Made by a program: the position numbers and the translations under genes
The notes under the pieces: model-generated
Database searches by the model: none
What the model saw: the letters and a program-made list of their open reading frames with translations, nothing else
Told to the model about the DNA's origin: nothing
Source of the DNA: Longivirga aurantiaca
GTDB taxonomy: Bacteria; Actinomycetota; Actinomycetes; S36-B12; CAIYMF01
Direction: 5' to 3'
NCBI RefSeq assembly: GCF_042660085.1
Contig: NZ_JBHSTI010000008.1
Location: 960,001-992,000, forward strand
Length of the DNA stretch: 32,000 bases
Shown here: positions 16,854 through 27,547 of the stretch, in pieces
Layout of the letters: the number at the start of each line of letters is the position of its first letter
Position numbering within the stretch: position 1 is the first letter of the stretch

Positions 16854-17753
16854 ATGGGGCGTGGCGACACACCGCGCACGCGCACGGCTCCGGACGGCAT
16901 CGTCGTGGTGGACAAGCCCGCCGGGATGACCAGCCACGACGTCGTCGCCCGGGTCCGCCGCCTCGCCGGCACCCGCAAGGTCGGCCACGCGGGCACCCTC
17001 GACCCCATGGCCACGGGCGTGCTGATCCTCGGGATCGAGCGCGCCACGAGGCTTCTCGGGCACCTCGCGCTCACCGACAAGGCGTACGACGCCACGATCC
17101 GCCTCGGTGTCTCGACCGTCACCGACGACGCCGAGGGCGAGGAGACCGCCCGCACCGACGCCTCAGCCATCCGCGACGACGCGATCGCCGCAGGTGTCGC
17201 CGCCCTCACGGGGCCGATCGAGCAGCGGCCGTCCGCGGTCAGCGCGATCAAGGTCGACGGAGTGCGCAGCTATGCGCGGGTGCGCTCGGGCGAGGACGTC
17301 GAGCTGGCGGCCCGCCCGGTGACGGTGTCCCGCTTCGTCGTCCTGGAGACGCGCCGCGGCGACGGCGTGGTGGACCTCGACGTCACGGTGGTCTGCACGA
17401 GCGGCACCTACGTCCGCGCGCTCGCACGCGACCTCGGCGCATCGCTGGGCGTCGGCGGCCACCTCACGATGCTGCGGCGCACGCGCGTCGGTCCGTTCGG
17501 CCTCGACGCCGCCCGCACGCTCGAGCAGCTCGAGGAGTCGTTCGACCTCGTGCCGCTCGGCGACGCGGTCGGTGCGTCGTTCCCGCGCGCCGACGTCGAC
17601 GAGGCAACCGCTGCGACGGTGCTGCACGGCGGGCGCATCGCCTGTGCCGACGGCCTCGCGGGCCCGGTCGGCGTCTTCGGCCCGGACGGCGCCGTGCTGT
17701 CGGTCGCCGAGCCCGTCGACGGGCTGCTCAAGCCGCTCGTCGTCTTCAGCTGA
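16854..17753 (+). CDS. truB: tRNA pseudouridine(55) synthase TruB
   Basis: GIVVVDKPAGMTSHDVVARVRRL.GTRKVGHAGTLDPMATGVLILGI contains the catalytic Asp motif (HAGTLDP). A PUA-like C-terminus is present. Confidence 0.95.
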   Translation: MGRGDTPRTRTAPDGIVVVDKPAGMTSHDVVARVRRLAGTRKVGHAGTLDPMATGVLILGIERATRLLGHLALTDKAYDATIRLGVSTVTDDAEGEETARTDASAIRDDAIAAGVAALTGPIEQRPSAVSAIKVDGVRSYARVRSGEDVELAARPVTVSRFVVLETRRGDGVVDLDVTVVCTSGTYVRALARDLGASLGVGGHLTMLRRTRVGPFGLDAARTLEQLEESFDLVPLGDAVGASFPRADVDEATAATVLHGGRIACADGLAGPVGVFGPDGAVLSVAEPVDGLLKPLVVFS

Positions 17754-17824
17754 GCGATCCGGCCGTTCTGGCCCCGCGCTGGCCTCGCCAGGCTGATCCT
17801 GGGCTCACCAGCGAGGAGGTCACC

Positions 17825-18301
17825 ATGGACCGAGAGGGCGCGAGCGCGGTCGTCCACCTGCCCGGCGCCGGCCGCCGCATCGACATGGGCGCGTTCGGCA
17901 TGACGGTGAAGGCGGACGCCGAGCTCACGGGCGGCGCATTCAGCCTCCTGGAGGCGACCGAGCCCGCGGGCTTCGGTCCGCCGATGCACGTTCACGAGGA
18001 CGCCGGCGAGGCCTTCTACGTGCTCGAGGGGGAGTACCACGTCCTCATCGAGGACGAGGAGCACACGTGCCCTGCAGGCTCGTTCGTCTACGTGCCCGCG
18101 GGCATGGTGCACGGCTTCCGCGTGGGGCCCGTGCCGAGCCGCAAGCTGAACATCTACAGCCCGTCGGCGATGGTCGGGTACTTCGACGAACTCGCGGGCG
18201 CCGTTGCCGGAGGCATCGTGCTCGACGACGACGGGCTGGGCGCGATGGCGCTGCGGTACGGCATGCATGTGCTCGGGCCCGTACCCGAGGGCTACGCGTG
18301 A
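17825..18301 (+). CDS. Cupin domain protein (quercetin-dioxygenase-like, single cupin)
   Basis: Cupin motif 1 is PPMHVHEDAGEAFYVLEGE. Motif 2 is GSFVYVPAGMVHGF. The ATG is preceded by a GAGGAGG SD. Confidence 0.8.
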   Translation: MDREGASAVVHLPGAGRRIDMGAFGMTVKADAELTGGAFSLLEATEPAGFGPPMHVHEDAGEAFYVLEGEYHVLIEDEEHTCPAGSFVYVPAGMVHGFRVGPVPSRKLNIYSPSAMVGYFDELAGAVAGGIVLDDDGLGAMALRYGMHVLGPVPEGYA

Positions 18302-18414
18302 GAGGTGCCGCCGGTCATCCGACGCCGAGCGGTCCAGCCGTCGGTCGCGCCCGGTGTCGGTCGCGCCGCGGCTCCGGTTCATGAGGCGTGCGGCCGTGCT
18401 GGCAAGGTAGCCCC

Positions 18415-19368
18415 GTGCAGATCTGGCGCTCGCTCGACGAGGTCCCGGCCGACCAGCCGCCCTCGGTCGTCGCCATAGGGGTGTTCGACGGCGTGCACTA
18501 CGGCCACCGCGTCGTGGTCGGCAAGGCCGTCGCGCACGGCCGCGCCCTCGGTGCGCCGGTGGTCGTCATCACCTTCGATCCGCACCCCGACGAGGTGCTG
18601 CGCCCCGGCACGCACCCGGGCCTGCTCTCCACCATCGAGCAGCGCTGCGAGCTGCTCGGCCTGATCGGTGCCGACGCCGTGTGCGTGGTGCCGTTCACCC
18701 GCGACCTCGCGTCGATGACGCCGGAGGAGTTCGTCGACCACGTCTTGGTCGAGCGCTTCCACGCCAGCGCGGTCACGGTGGGGGAGAACTTCCGCTTCGG
18801 ACGTCGCGCCTCGGGCGACACCGAGACGCTGTCCGAGCTCGGCGTCGACCGCGGCTTCGTCGTCGATGCGGAGCCCCTGGTCTCCGGCGAGGGCGGTGTC
18901 TGGTCCTCGACGTACATCCGCGGCCTCATCCGCGCGGGCGACGTCGCGTCGGCGGCGTACTCCCTGGGCCGCCCGCACCGGCTCGAGGGCGCCGTGGTGC
19001 ACGGCGACAAGCGCGGGCGCGAGCTCGGCTATCCCACGGCCAACGTCGCGACCACCCCGCACGCGGCCGTCCCCGCGGACGGCGTCTACGCGGCCTGGCT
19101 GGTGCTCGACCCGTACGGCGACGCCCCGCGCTACCCCGCGGCGGTCAGCGTCGGCACCAATCCGACCTTCGACGGCGTCGAGCGGCGGGTGGAGGCGTAC
19201 GTGCTCGACGTCGACGACTTCGACGTCTACGGCCGGCACGTGGCCCTCGACTTCGTCGAGCGCATCCGCGGCCAGGTGAAGTTCGACGGCATCGAGCCCC
19301 TCATGGCCCAGATGGCCGCGGACGTCGACGCCACGCGCCTCGTGCTGGGCGACGGCAACGGTGGCTGA
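18415..19368 (+). CDS. ribF: Bifunctional riboflavin kinase / FMN adenylyltransferase
   Basis: VVAIGVFDGVHYGHRVVV (FAD synthetase HxGH-type motif), FRFG, then the kinase domain (GDKRGRELGYPTAN, VGTNPTF, EAYVLD). GTG 18415 is preferred. The track start at 18388 adds 9 codons, including rare ones. Confidence 0.93.
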   Translation: MQIWRSLDEVPADQPPSVVAIGVFDGVHYGHRVVVGKAVAHGRALGAPVVVITFDPHPDEVLRPGTHPGLLSTIEQRCELLGLIGADAVCVVPFTRDLASMTPEEFVDHVLVERFHASAVTVGENFRFGRRASGDTETLSELGVDRGFVVDAEPLVSGEGGVWSSTYIRGLIRAGDVASAAYSLGRPHRLEGAVVHGDKRGRELGYPTANVATTPHAAVPADGVYAAWLVLDPYGDAPRYPAAVSVGTNPTFDGVERRVEAYVLDVDDFDVYGRHVALDFVERIRGQVKFDGIEPLMAQMAADVDATRLVLGDGNGG

Positions 19369-20569
19369 GAGCCCCGAGGTCCGTGCCACCGAGAGGTGGT
19401 TCATCCGGCAGGGCCTCCCGCTGTTCGTCGAGGAGTACTCCGCCGGCCGCGACGTCTGGACGCGCGCGGTCCCGGCGCTGGTGGCGCTGTTCGTGCTCAG
19501 CGTCGTCACGACCATCGGAGGCGCCCGCACCCTCGGCGGGGGCCTGGCCCTGGCCGGCGGGGTGGCTGTCGCGCTGGGCGGCTACGTCCTGCTCAACCGG
19601 CGGGCGGGCCGCCCGGCGCTCGCGCTGCCCCAGCACCTGGGCCTGGGCTGGGTCGGCGCGTTCGTCCTCGTCCCCTCCCTGCTCACCCTCCTCGCCGAGC
19701 GCGACCTCGCGCTGTTCCTCAGCAGCCTCGTCGGCGGCGTCCTCCTCCTCGGCCTCGTGTACGTCGTGACGCGGTACGCCCTCGTCGCACAGGTGTCGTG
19801 GGCGCTGCGCTGGACCTTCCGCCGGCTCTCGAGCGTGACGCGGCTCATCACCCGCGTGCTCCCGCTGATGCTGCTGTTCATCACGTTCCTGTTCATCAAC
19901 ACCGAGGTGTGGCAGGTCGCGGGCACGATGAACGCGGCGGTGCTGTGGGGGAGCCTCGCCGTCTTCGCCGCCGTCGGGGTGCTGTTCATCGTCGGCCGCA
20001 GCCGCGAGGAGTTCGGCGGCATCGAGGTGAGCACCGACCGCGACGAGGTGCTCGTGCTCACCCAGGGCACGCCGATCGCCGACGTGGCCCCCGGGCTGGA
20101 CGACCTCGAGGTGCCGGTGGCCATCCGGCGGAGCCAGCGGGCCAACCTCGTCGCCGTGATGGTCACGGCCCAAGCCGTCCAGGTGGCCCTCGTCGGCATC
20201 GTGGTCTGGGCGTTCTTCGTGCTCTTCGGCTCGGTCGCGATCAGCATCCCCGTGCAGGAGGCGTGGCTCGGGTCCCTGGCCCCGATCGAGAATCTCGTGC
20301 CGCTGTGGGACGGTCACGGCGTCACCCGCCAGCTGCTGCGCGTCGCGACGTTCCTGGGGGGCTTCGCCGCCTTCTACGCCACGGTCTACGCCGCCAACGA
20401 CGGCGTCTACCGGGAGAACTTCGTGGCCCGGATCAGCTCGACCGTGGAGCGGGCGGTGGCGGTCCGCCGGGCCTACGTCGCCCTCCGCCGTCGCGAGGGA
20501 CTGCCTGTCGACGTCCCGGTCGAGCGGCACACGCACCCCGTGGGCCACCACGACGAGCTCGACGACTGA
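19361..20569 (+). CDS. Integral membrane protein of unknown function (~8 predicted TM segments)
   Basis: 402-aa ORF with gene-like GC3. Hydrophobic segments include AVPALVALFVLSVV, LALAGGVAVALGGYVLL, WVGAFVLVPSLLTLL, LSSLVGGVLLLGLVYVV, LPLMLLFITFLFI, LWGSLAVFAAVGVLFIV, VALVGIVVWAFFVLFGSV and FLGGFAAFYATVYAA. The GTG start overlaps the ribF 3' end by 8 nt. I do not recognise the family. Confidence 0.7.
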   Translation: MAESPEVRATERWFIRQGLPLFVEEYSAGRDVWTRAVPALVALFVLSVVTTIGGARTLGGGLALAGGVAVALGGYVLLNRRAGRPALALPQHLGLGWVGAFVLVPSLLTLLAERDLALFLSSLVGGVLLLGLVYVVTRYALVAQVSWALRWTFRRLSSVTRLITRVLPLMLLFITFLFINTEVWQVAGTMNAAVLWGSLAVFAAVGVLFIVGRSREEFGGIEVSTDRDEVLVLTQGTPIADVAPGLDDLEVPVAIRRSQRANLVAVMVTAQAVQVALVGIVVWAFFVLFGSVAISIPVQEAWLGSLAPIENLVPLWDGHGVTRQLLRVATFLGGFAAFYATVYAANDGVYRENFVARISSTVERAVAVRRAYVALRRREGLPVDVPVERHTHPVGHHDELDD

Positions 20570-20738
20570 GGTGGCACCGGCCCTGACCTGCGGTTTCGCC
20601 GTCCAGGGCCGTTTTGGGCCCTCAGCCCGGCGCTGGTAGCCTGACCTCTGACGACCGCGGGGTGGGCGCCCTGCGGATCGCGACTCTCCAGTGTCTGCGC
20701 GCCCGCGCGGACCGTGACGCGCCCACGAGGAAATCTGC

Positions 20739-21008
20739 ATGTCGCTCGACACCGCGACCAAGAACGCCATCATCGCCGAGTACGCAACCACTCCTGGTGA
20801 CACCGGCTCCCCCGAGGTCCAGATCGCGCTGCTCACGCGTCGCATCAACGACCTCACCGAGCACCTGAAGATGCACAAGCACGACCACCACAGCCGCCGC
20901 GGTCTGCTGCTGCTCGTGGGTCAGCGTCGTCGCCTTCTCCAGTACCTCACCAAGAAGGACATCAACCGCTACCGCGCGATCATCGAGCGCCTCGGCATCC
21001 GCCGCTAG
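20739..21008 (+). CDS. rpsO: 30S ribosomal protein S15
   Basis: 89 aa: [46 protein letters not shown] is canonical S15. Confidence 0.97.
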   Translation: MSLDTATKNAIIAEYATTPGDTGSPEVQIALLTRRINDLTEHLKMHKHDHHSRRGLLLLVGQRRRLLQYLTKKDINRYRAIIERLGIRR

Positions 21009-21014
21009 CACCCA

Positions 21015-21053
21015 CGAAGGGCAGCGACTCCACCCGCGAGTCGCTGCCCTTCG
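21015..21053 (+). terminator. Perfect 16-bp GC-rich hairpin just after rpsO (attenuator/terminator and probable processing site upstream of pnp)
   Basis: cgaagggcagcgactc (21015-21030), loop cacccgc, gagtcgctgcccttcg (21038-21053). There is no trailing U-tract, as is common in actinobacteria. Confidence 0.65.
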
Positions 21054-21338
21054 GCTCACCCGCACTCCGGTAGAACCGTGAGTGCACGCACGACCCACAA
21101 CTGAACACGCGCCGCTGAAGACCAGCGCGCGACACCAGGGAAGATCGTGGGGCGACCGCCCCGGAGAAGCCCACAGTCGTCGGTCCTCGGTAGTGGCATC
21201 CGGGCACGTCGCCCCCCGCGCAGGAGCGGGAGCGGCTGGCAGCCCGGGCGCTTCGATCGAAGACCGGCCTCCTGCCGACTGCAGGCCTGCTCCAAGCGCT
21301 CGCCCCTCGACGTCCCACGACGTACGAGGAGGGCACCC
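21054..21338 (+). promoter_or_regulatory. Long structured pnp leader, at the location described for the Actino-pnp RNA motif / PNPase autoregulatory leader
   Basis: 285 nt of non-coding sequence with several local hairpins. These include 21062-21086; ggggcg/cgcccc at 21149-21162; the cttcgatcgaag palindrome at 21251-21262; and gcaggcctgc at 21281-21290. A possible stem (21302-21309 with 21325-34) covers the SD AGGAGGG at 21327-21333. The motif assignment rests on position, not on a covariance-model match. Confidence 0.45.
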
Positions 21339-23576
21339 GTGGAGGGTCCCGAGATCCACACGTCCGAAGCTGTCATCGACAACGGCAGCTTCGGCACCCG
21401 CACCATCCGCTTCGAGGTGGGCCGTCTGGCCCAGCAGGCCGCCGGCTCCGCCGTCGCCTACCTCGACGACGACACGATGCTCCTGTCGGCGACGACCGCC
21501 GGCAAGCACCCCAAGGAGCAGTTCGACTTCTTCCCGCTCACGATCGACGTCGAGGAGCGGATGTACGCAGCGGGTCGCATCCCCGGCTCGTTCTTCCGCC
21601 GCGAGGGCCGGCCGTCCGAGGACGCGATCCTCACCTGCCGCCTGATCGACCGCCCGCTGCGCCCCTCGTTCGTCAAGGGCCTGCGCAACGAGATCCAGGT
21701 CGTCATCACGGTGATGTCGCTCAACCCCGACCACCTGTACGACGTCGTCGCGATCAACGCCGCGTCCATGTCCACCCAGATCGCCGGCCTGCCCTTCAGC
21801 GGCCCGATCGGCGCCACCCGCGTCGCCCTCATCAAGGGCCAGTGGGTCGCCTTCCCGTCGCACAGCCAGCTCGAGGAGGCCGTGTTCGACATGGTCGTCG
21901 CGGGCCGCATCGTCGGCGACGACGTCGCGATCATGATGGTCGAGGCCGAGGCCACGTCCAACACGATCGAGCTCGTCAAGGGCGGCGCCGCCGCGCCGAC
22001 CGAGGAGGTCGTGGCCGAGGGCCTCGAGGCCGCCAAGAAGTTCATCAGGATCCTGTGCGACGCGCAGAGCGAGCTCGCGGCCAAGTCCACCAAGGAGACC
22101 CGCGAGTTCAACCTCTACCCGGAGTACCAGGACGACGCCTTCGCGGCCGTCGAGGGTGCTGTCTCCACCGAGCTCGCCGCCGCTCTCACGATCGCCGGCA
22201 AGCAGGAGCGCGAGTCCGAGCTCGACCGCGTGAAGGAGCTCGCGTCCGAGCGCCTCGCCGGCCAGTTCGAGGGTCGCGAGAAGGAGATCGGCGCCGCGCT
22301 GCGCTCGCTCACCAAGAAGCTCGTGCGCAAGCGGGTGCTCACCGAGAAGGTGCGCATCGACGGCCGTGGCCTCACGGACATCCGCACGCTGTCGGCCGAG
22401 GTCGACATCATCCCGCGCGCGCACGGCTCGGCGCTGTTCGAGCGCGGCGAGACCCAGATCCTGGGTGTCACCACGCTGAACATGCTCCGCATGGAGCAGC
22501 AGCTCGACACGCTCTCGCCCGAGACGCGCAAGCGCTACATGCACAACTACAACTTCCCGCCCTACTCGACCGGTGAGACCGGCCGCGTGGGCTCGCCCAA
22601 GCGTCGCGAGATCGGCCACGGTGCTCTTGCCGAGCGCGCCCTCGTCCCGGTGCTGCCGACCAAGGACGAGTTCCCCTACGCGATCCGTCAGGTGTCCGAG
22701 GCCCTCGGCTCCAACGGCTCGACCTCGATGGGCTCGGTCTGCGCCTCGACCATGTCGCTGCTCAACGCCGGTGTGCCCCTCAAGGCCCCCGTCGCCGGCA
22801 TCGCCATGGGCCTCATCTCCGACGAGGTCGACGGCAAGACCGAGTACGTCACCCTCACCGACATCCTCGGTGCGGAGGACGCCTTCGGCGACATGGACTT
22901 CAAGGTCGCCGGCACCAAGGAGTTCGTGACGGCCCTGCAGCTCGACACCAAGCTCGACGGCATCCCCGCCTCGGTGCTCGGTGGCGCGCTCACCCAGGCC
23001 CGCGACGCCCGTCTGGCGATCCTCGAGGTCATGCTCGAGGCGATCGACGTGCCGGACGAGATGTCGCCGTTCGCGCCGCGGATCATCTCGATCCAGATCC
23101 CGGTCGACAAGATCGGCGAGGTCATCGGGCCGAAGGGCAAGATGATCAACCAGATCCAGGACGAGACCGGCGCCGAGATCACGATCCAGGACGACGGCAC
23201 GATCTACATCGGTGCGACCGACGGCCCCAAGGCCGAGGCCGCGCGGGCGCTGATCAACGCCATCGCCAACCCGCACATGCCCGAGATCGGCGAGCGCTAC
23301 CTGGGCACCGTGGTCAAGACCACGACGTTCGGCGCGTTCATCTCGCTCATGCCGGGCAAGGACGGCCTGCTGCACATCTCCAAGCTCCGCGGGCTCGCCG
23401 GCGGCAAGCGCGTGGACAACGTCGACGACGTCGTCTCGATCGGGCAGAAGGTGCTCGTCGAGATCTCCGAGATCGACGCCCGCGGCAAGCTGTCGCTGTC
23501 GCCGGTCGAGGATGGCTCGGACGCTGCTCCGACCGCCGAGGCCGACACCGAAGACGTCGTCAGCACTGAGGCCTGA
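21339..23576 (+). CDS. pnp: Polyribonucleotide nucleotidyltransferase (PNPase / GPSI)
   Basis: From GTG 21339: [37 protein letters not shown]. Two RNase PH domains follow ([10 protein letters not shown]; [13 protein letters not shown]), then KH ([13 protein letters not shown]) and S1 ([20 protein letters not shown]). AGGAGGG SD 7 nt upstream. The 5' 64 codons of the track ORF lie in the leader. Confidence 0.97.
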   Translation: MEGPEIHTSEAVIDNGSFGTRTIRFEVGRLAQQAAGSAVAYLDDDTMLLSATTAGKHPKEQFDFFPLTIDVEERMYAAGRIPGSFFRREGRPSEDAILTCRLIDRPLRPSFVKGLRNEIQVVITVMSLNPDHLYDVVAINAASMSTQIAGLPFSGPIGATRVALIKGQWVAFPSHSQLEEAVFDMVVAGRIVGDDVAIMMVEAEATSNTIELVKGGAAAPTEEVVAEGLEAAKKFIRILCDAQSELAAKSTKETREFNLYPEYQDDAFAAVEGAVSTELAAALTIAGKQERESELDRVKELASERLAGQFEGREKEIGAALRSLTKKLVRKRVLTEKVRIDGRGLTDIRTLSAEVDIIPRAHGSALFERGETQILGVTTLNMLRMEQQLDTLSPETRKRYMHNYNFPPYSTGETGRVGSPKRREIGHGALAERALVPVLPTKDEFPYAIRQVSEALGSNGSTSMGSVCASTMSLLNAGVPLKAPVAGIAMGLISDEVDGKTEYVTLTDILGAEDAFGDMDFKVAGTKEFVTALQLDTKLDGIPASVLGGALTQARDARLAILEVMLEAIDVPDEMSPFAPRIISIQIPVDKIGEVIGPKGKMINQIQDETGAEITIQDDGTIYIGATDGPKAEAARALINAIANPHMPEIGERYLGTVVKTTTFGAFISLMPGKDGLLHISKLRGLAGGKRVDNVDDVVSIGQKVLVEISEIDARGKLSLSPVEDGSDAAPTAEADTEDVVSTEA

Positions 23577-23605
23577 TCGTCTCGATGGCACCGTCTCGCA
23601 CGAAC

Positions 23606-23640
23606 GCAGAGGGCACGCGGCACAGCCGCGTGCCCTCTGC
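23606..23640 (+). terminator. Perfect 15-bp hairpin 30 nt downstream of the pnp stop
   Basis: gcagagggcacgcgg (23606-23620), loop cacag, ccgcgtgccctctgc (23626-23640). No U-tract. Confidence 0.55.
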
Positions 23641-23646
23641 GCGTGA

Positions 23647-25725
<2,079 letters not shown>

Positions 25726-25795
25726 CCCGCGATCAGGCCCTCGGCCTTCCCCGGTGATCGGGGCGCCCGCCCCGTCCGTGCGTCAGGATGGCGCC

Positions 25796-26611
25796 ATGAC
25801 CGCGACGACGACGGACCCTGCGGCGGCTGCGGCCGACGAGCCCTACGTGACGCGCACCGACTCCGGCGGCGTGGCCACCCTCACGCTCAACCGCGGGGCT
25901 CGGTTCAACCCGCTCTCGCGCGCCATGCTCGAGGCCCTCGACGCCGCCCTCGCCACGATCGGCGACGAGCCGTCCGTCCGCGCCGTCGTCCTCGAGGGCT
26001 CCGGCCGCGGCTTCAGCGCCGGGCACGACCTGGGCGAGATGCGCAGCCACGTGGGCGACGACGACTGGCAGCAGGAGCTCTTCGATGCGTGCAGCGTCGT
26101 CATGCTGCGCCTCACGCAGATCCCGCAGCCCGTCATCGCCAAGGTCGACGGCATCGCGACCGCGGCCGGCTGCCAGCTCGTCTCGATGTGCGACCTCGCG
26201 GTGGCGAGCGAGGGCTCGCGCTTCGGCCTGCCCGGCGTCAACATCGGCGTCTTCTGCTCCACCCCGGCCGTCGGCGTCGCCCGCAACGTCGGACGCAAGC
26301 GCGCGATGGAGCTGCTGCTCACGGGCGAGATGGTCGACGCCGCAACGGCTCTCGACTGGGGCCTGCTGAACGCCGTGGTCCCCGCCGACCAGCTCGACGC
26401 CGCGGTCGCGCGGTTCACCGACGTCATCACCAGCCGCAGCGCAGCCGTGATCGCCAACGGCAAGCGCACCTTCTGGGCGCAGATCGACCAGCCGCTCGCC
26501 TCGGCGTACGAGACCGCCGGCCGCGCGATGGTCGCCGACCTCGCCGGTGAGGATGCGGCGGAGGGCATCGACGCCTTCCTGCAGAAGCGCCGCCCCGTCT
26601 GGCGCGGCTGA
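25796..26611 (+). CDS. Enoyl-CoA hydratase/isomerase (crotonase) family protein
   Basis: LTLNRGARFNPLSRAMLEAL, GRGFSAGHDL, PVIAKVDGIATAAGCQLV..CDL, and GLPGVNIG are crotonase-fold signatures. Confidence 0.88.
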   Translation: MTATTTDPAAAAADEPYVTRTDSGGVATLTLNRGARFNPLSRAMLEALDAALATIGDEPSVRAVVLEGSGRGFSAGHDLGEMRSHVGDDDWQQELFDACSVVMLRLTQIPQPVIAKVDGIATAAGCQLVSMCDLAVASEGSRFGLPGVNIGVFCSTPAVGVARNVGRKRAMELLLTGEMVDAATALDWGLLNAVVPADQLDAAVARFTDVITSRSAAVIANGKRTFWAQIDQPLASAYETAGRAMVADLAGEDAAEGIDAFLQKRRPVWRG

Positions 26612-26614
26612 GGC

Positions 26615-27196
26615 TCAGGCCGCGCGGCCCTGCTGCCACCAGCGCTCGACGGCGAGCGCGGCCTGGTCGAACGCCTCCGAGCGCAGGAAGAAGTCGGGGG
26701 AGTGGGTCGTGATGGTCGTCGCGATCTCGTCGCCGTCGCGCATCACCACCACCATGCGCTCGCCGTCCGCGCGCGGCCCGAGCCCGAGCACGCGCACGCG
26801 CTCGACCACGCGGCGCACGTCGACGACGTCCACCCAGTCGCACTCGTACGCCGACCGCACCCGGTTCTGCTTGAGCGATCGGTCGTTGGCGTACACGCCC
26901 ACCGACAGGATCCGAGCCGTGAGCAGGTAGAGCACCATCAGCGGCAGCGCCGCCACCGCGAGCACGGTGAGCTTGGCCGGGAACGTGCGGGCGACCGTCA
27001 CGGCCAGGACCACGGCGAGCGACGCCCAGGCGGTCGTGAAGGCCAGCACCACCACCAGCGCCGTACGCCACGGCCCGGGCCGGTGCAGCCGGATGTACGC
27101 CGACTGCACGTAGTCGCCGTCGACCGGGCGGTGGCGGTCGGGGTCGCGGTCGAAGACCCGGAAGAGGGGCTTCGGCCTGCGCGGGTCGTCGGTCAC
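26615..27196 (-). CDS. Membrane protein with two TM helices and a C-terminal bacterial PH-like (bPH_6-type) domain
   Basis: 193 aa. Two hydrophobic helices (ALVVVLAFTTAWASLAVVLAV, LTVLAVAALPLMVLYLL) precede a ~90-aa soluble domain (VGVYANDRSLKQNRVRSAYECDWVDVVDV...VVVMRDGDEI) resembling the 2TM+PH architecture. The family assignment is tentative. Confidence 0.55.
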   Translation of the reverse strand: MTDDPRRPKPLFRVFDRDPDRHRPVDGDYVQSAYIRLHRPGPWRTALVVVLAFTTAWASLAVVLAVTVARTFPAKLTVLAVAALPLMVLYLLTARILSVGVYANDRSLKQNRVRSAYECDWVDVVDVRRVVERVRVLGLGPRADGERMVVVMRDGDEIATTITTHSPDFFLRSEAFDQAALAVERWWQQGRAA

Positions 27197-27229
27197 GGCT
27201 CCATCATCACCCGAGGTCGGCCGTGCGGC

Positions 27230-27547
27230 CTACGCCGCGAGGCCGAGCGCCCGGAGCGCTGCGGCCGTTCCAGCGGCGACGAGCACGACGACGAGGAACG
27301 GGGCCCGAAGGAGAAGGGCCACGGCTGCGGCGGCGAGCCCCGCGAAGCGGGCGTCGAGCACGAGCGTCTGCCCGGCGGCGAAGGTCTGCACCGCGACGAG
27401 CGCCGTGAGCAGCGCGATCGGCAGGTAGTCGGACACCGACAGCACCAGGGGCTTGTCGAGGAAGCTGTGCGGCACCGAGTGCCCGGCGAGCTTCAGCGCG
27501 TACGCGAGCAGCGACCCCAGGATCACCGCCCACCAGATGGGGGTCAT
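27230..27547 (-). CDS. azlD: Branched-chain amino acid exporter small subunit AzlD
   Basis: 105 aa, hydrophobic (MTPIWWAVILGSLLAYALKLAG...). Its ATG overlaps the azlC stop (ATGA). The long 339-aa track ORF upstream of this Met is an out-of-frame reading of azlC. Confidence 0.8.
   Translation of the reverse strand: MTPIWWAVILGSLLAYALKLAGHSVPHSFLDKPLVLSVSDYLPIALLTALVAVQTFAAGQTLVLDARFAGLAAAAVALLLRAPFLVVVLVAAGTAAALRALGLAA

Noticed and set aside
15653-17251. 532-aa minus-strand ORF opposite rbfA-tail/nrnA/truB
   Set aside because: It is antisense to three well-supported genes. Its Ser-rich C-terminus is just the complement of the acidic GAC/GAG repeats.
18302-18414. Possible FMN riboswitch upstream of ribF
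   Set aside because: The spacer is only 113 nt and shows none of the conserved FMN (RFN) aptamer segments I can recall. RFN elements normally control rib biosynthesis or transport operons, not ribF.
20622-23591. 989-aa ORF on the minus strand spanning the whole rpsO-pnp region
   Set aside because: It is antisense to unmistakable rpsO and pnp coding sequence. The product is low-complexity (R/G/D/A/L/V-rich) with no recognisable domains. Stop-free antisense frames are expected when the sense strand has ~95% GC3.
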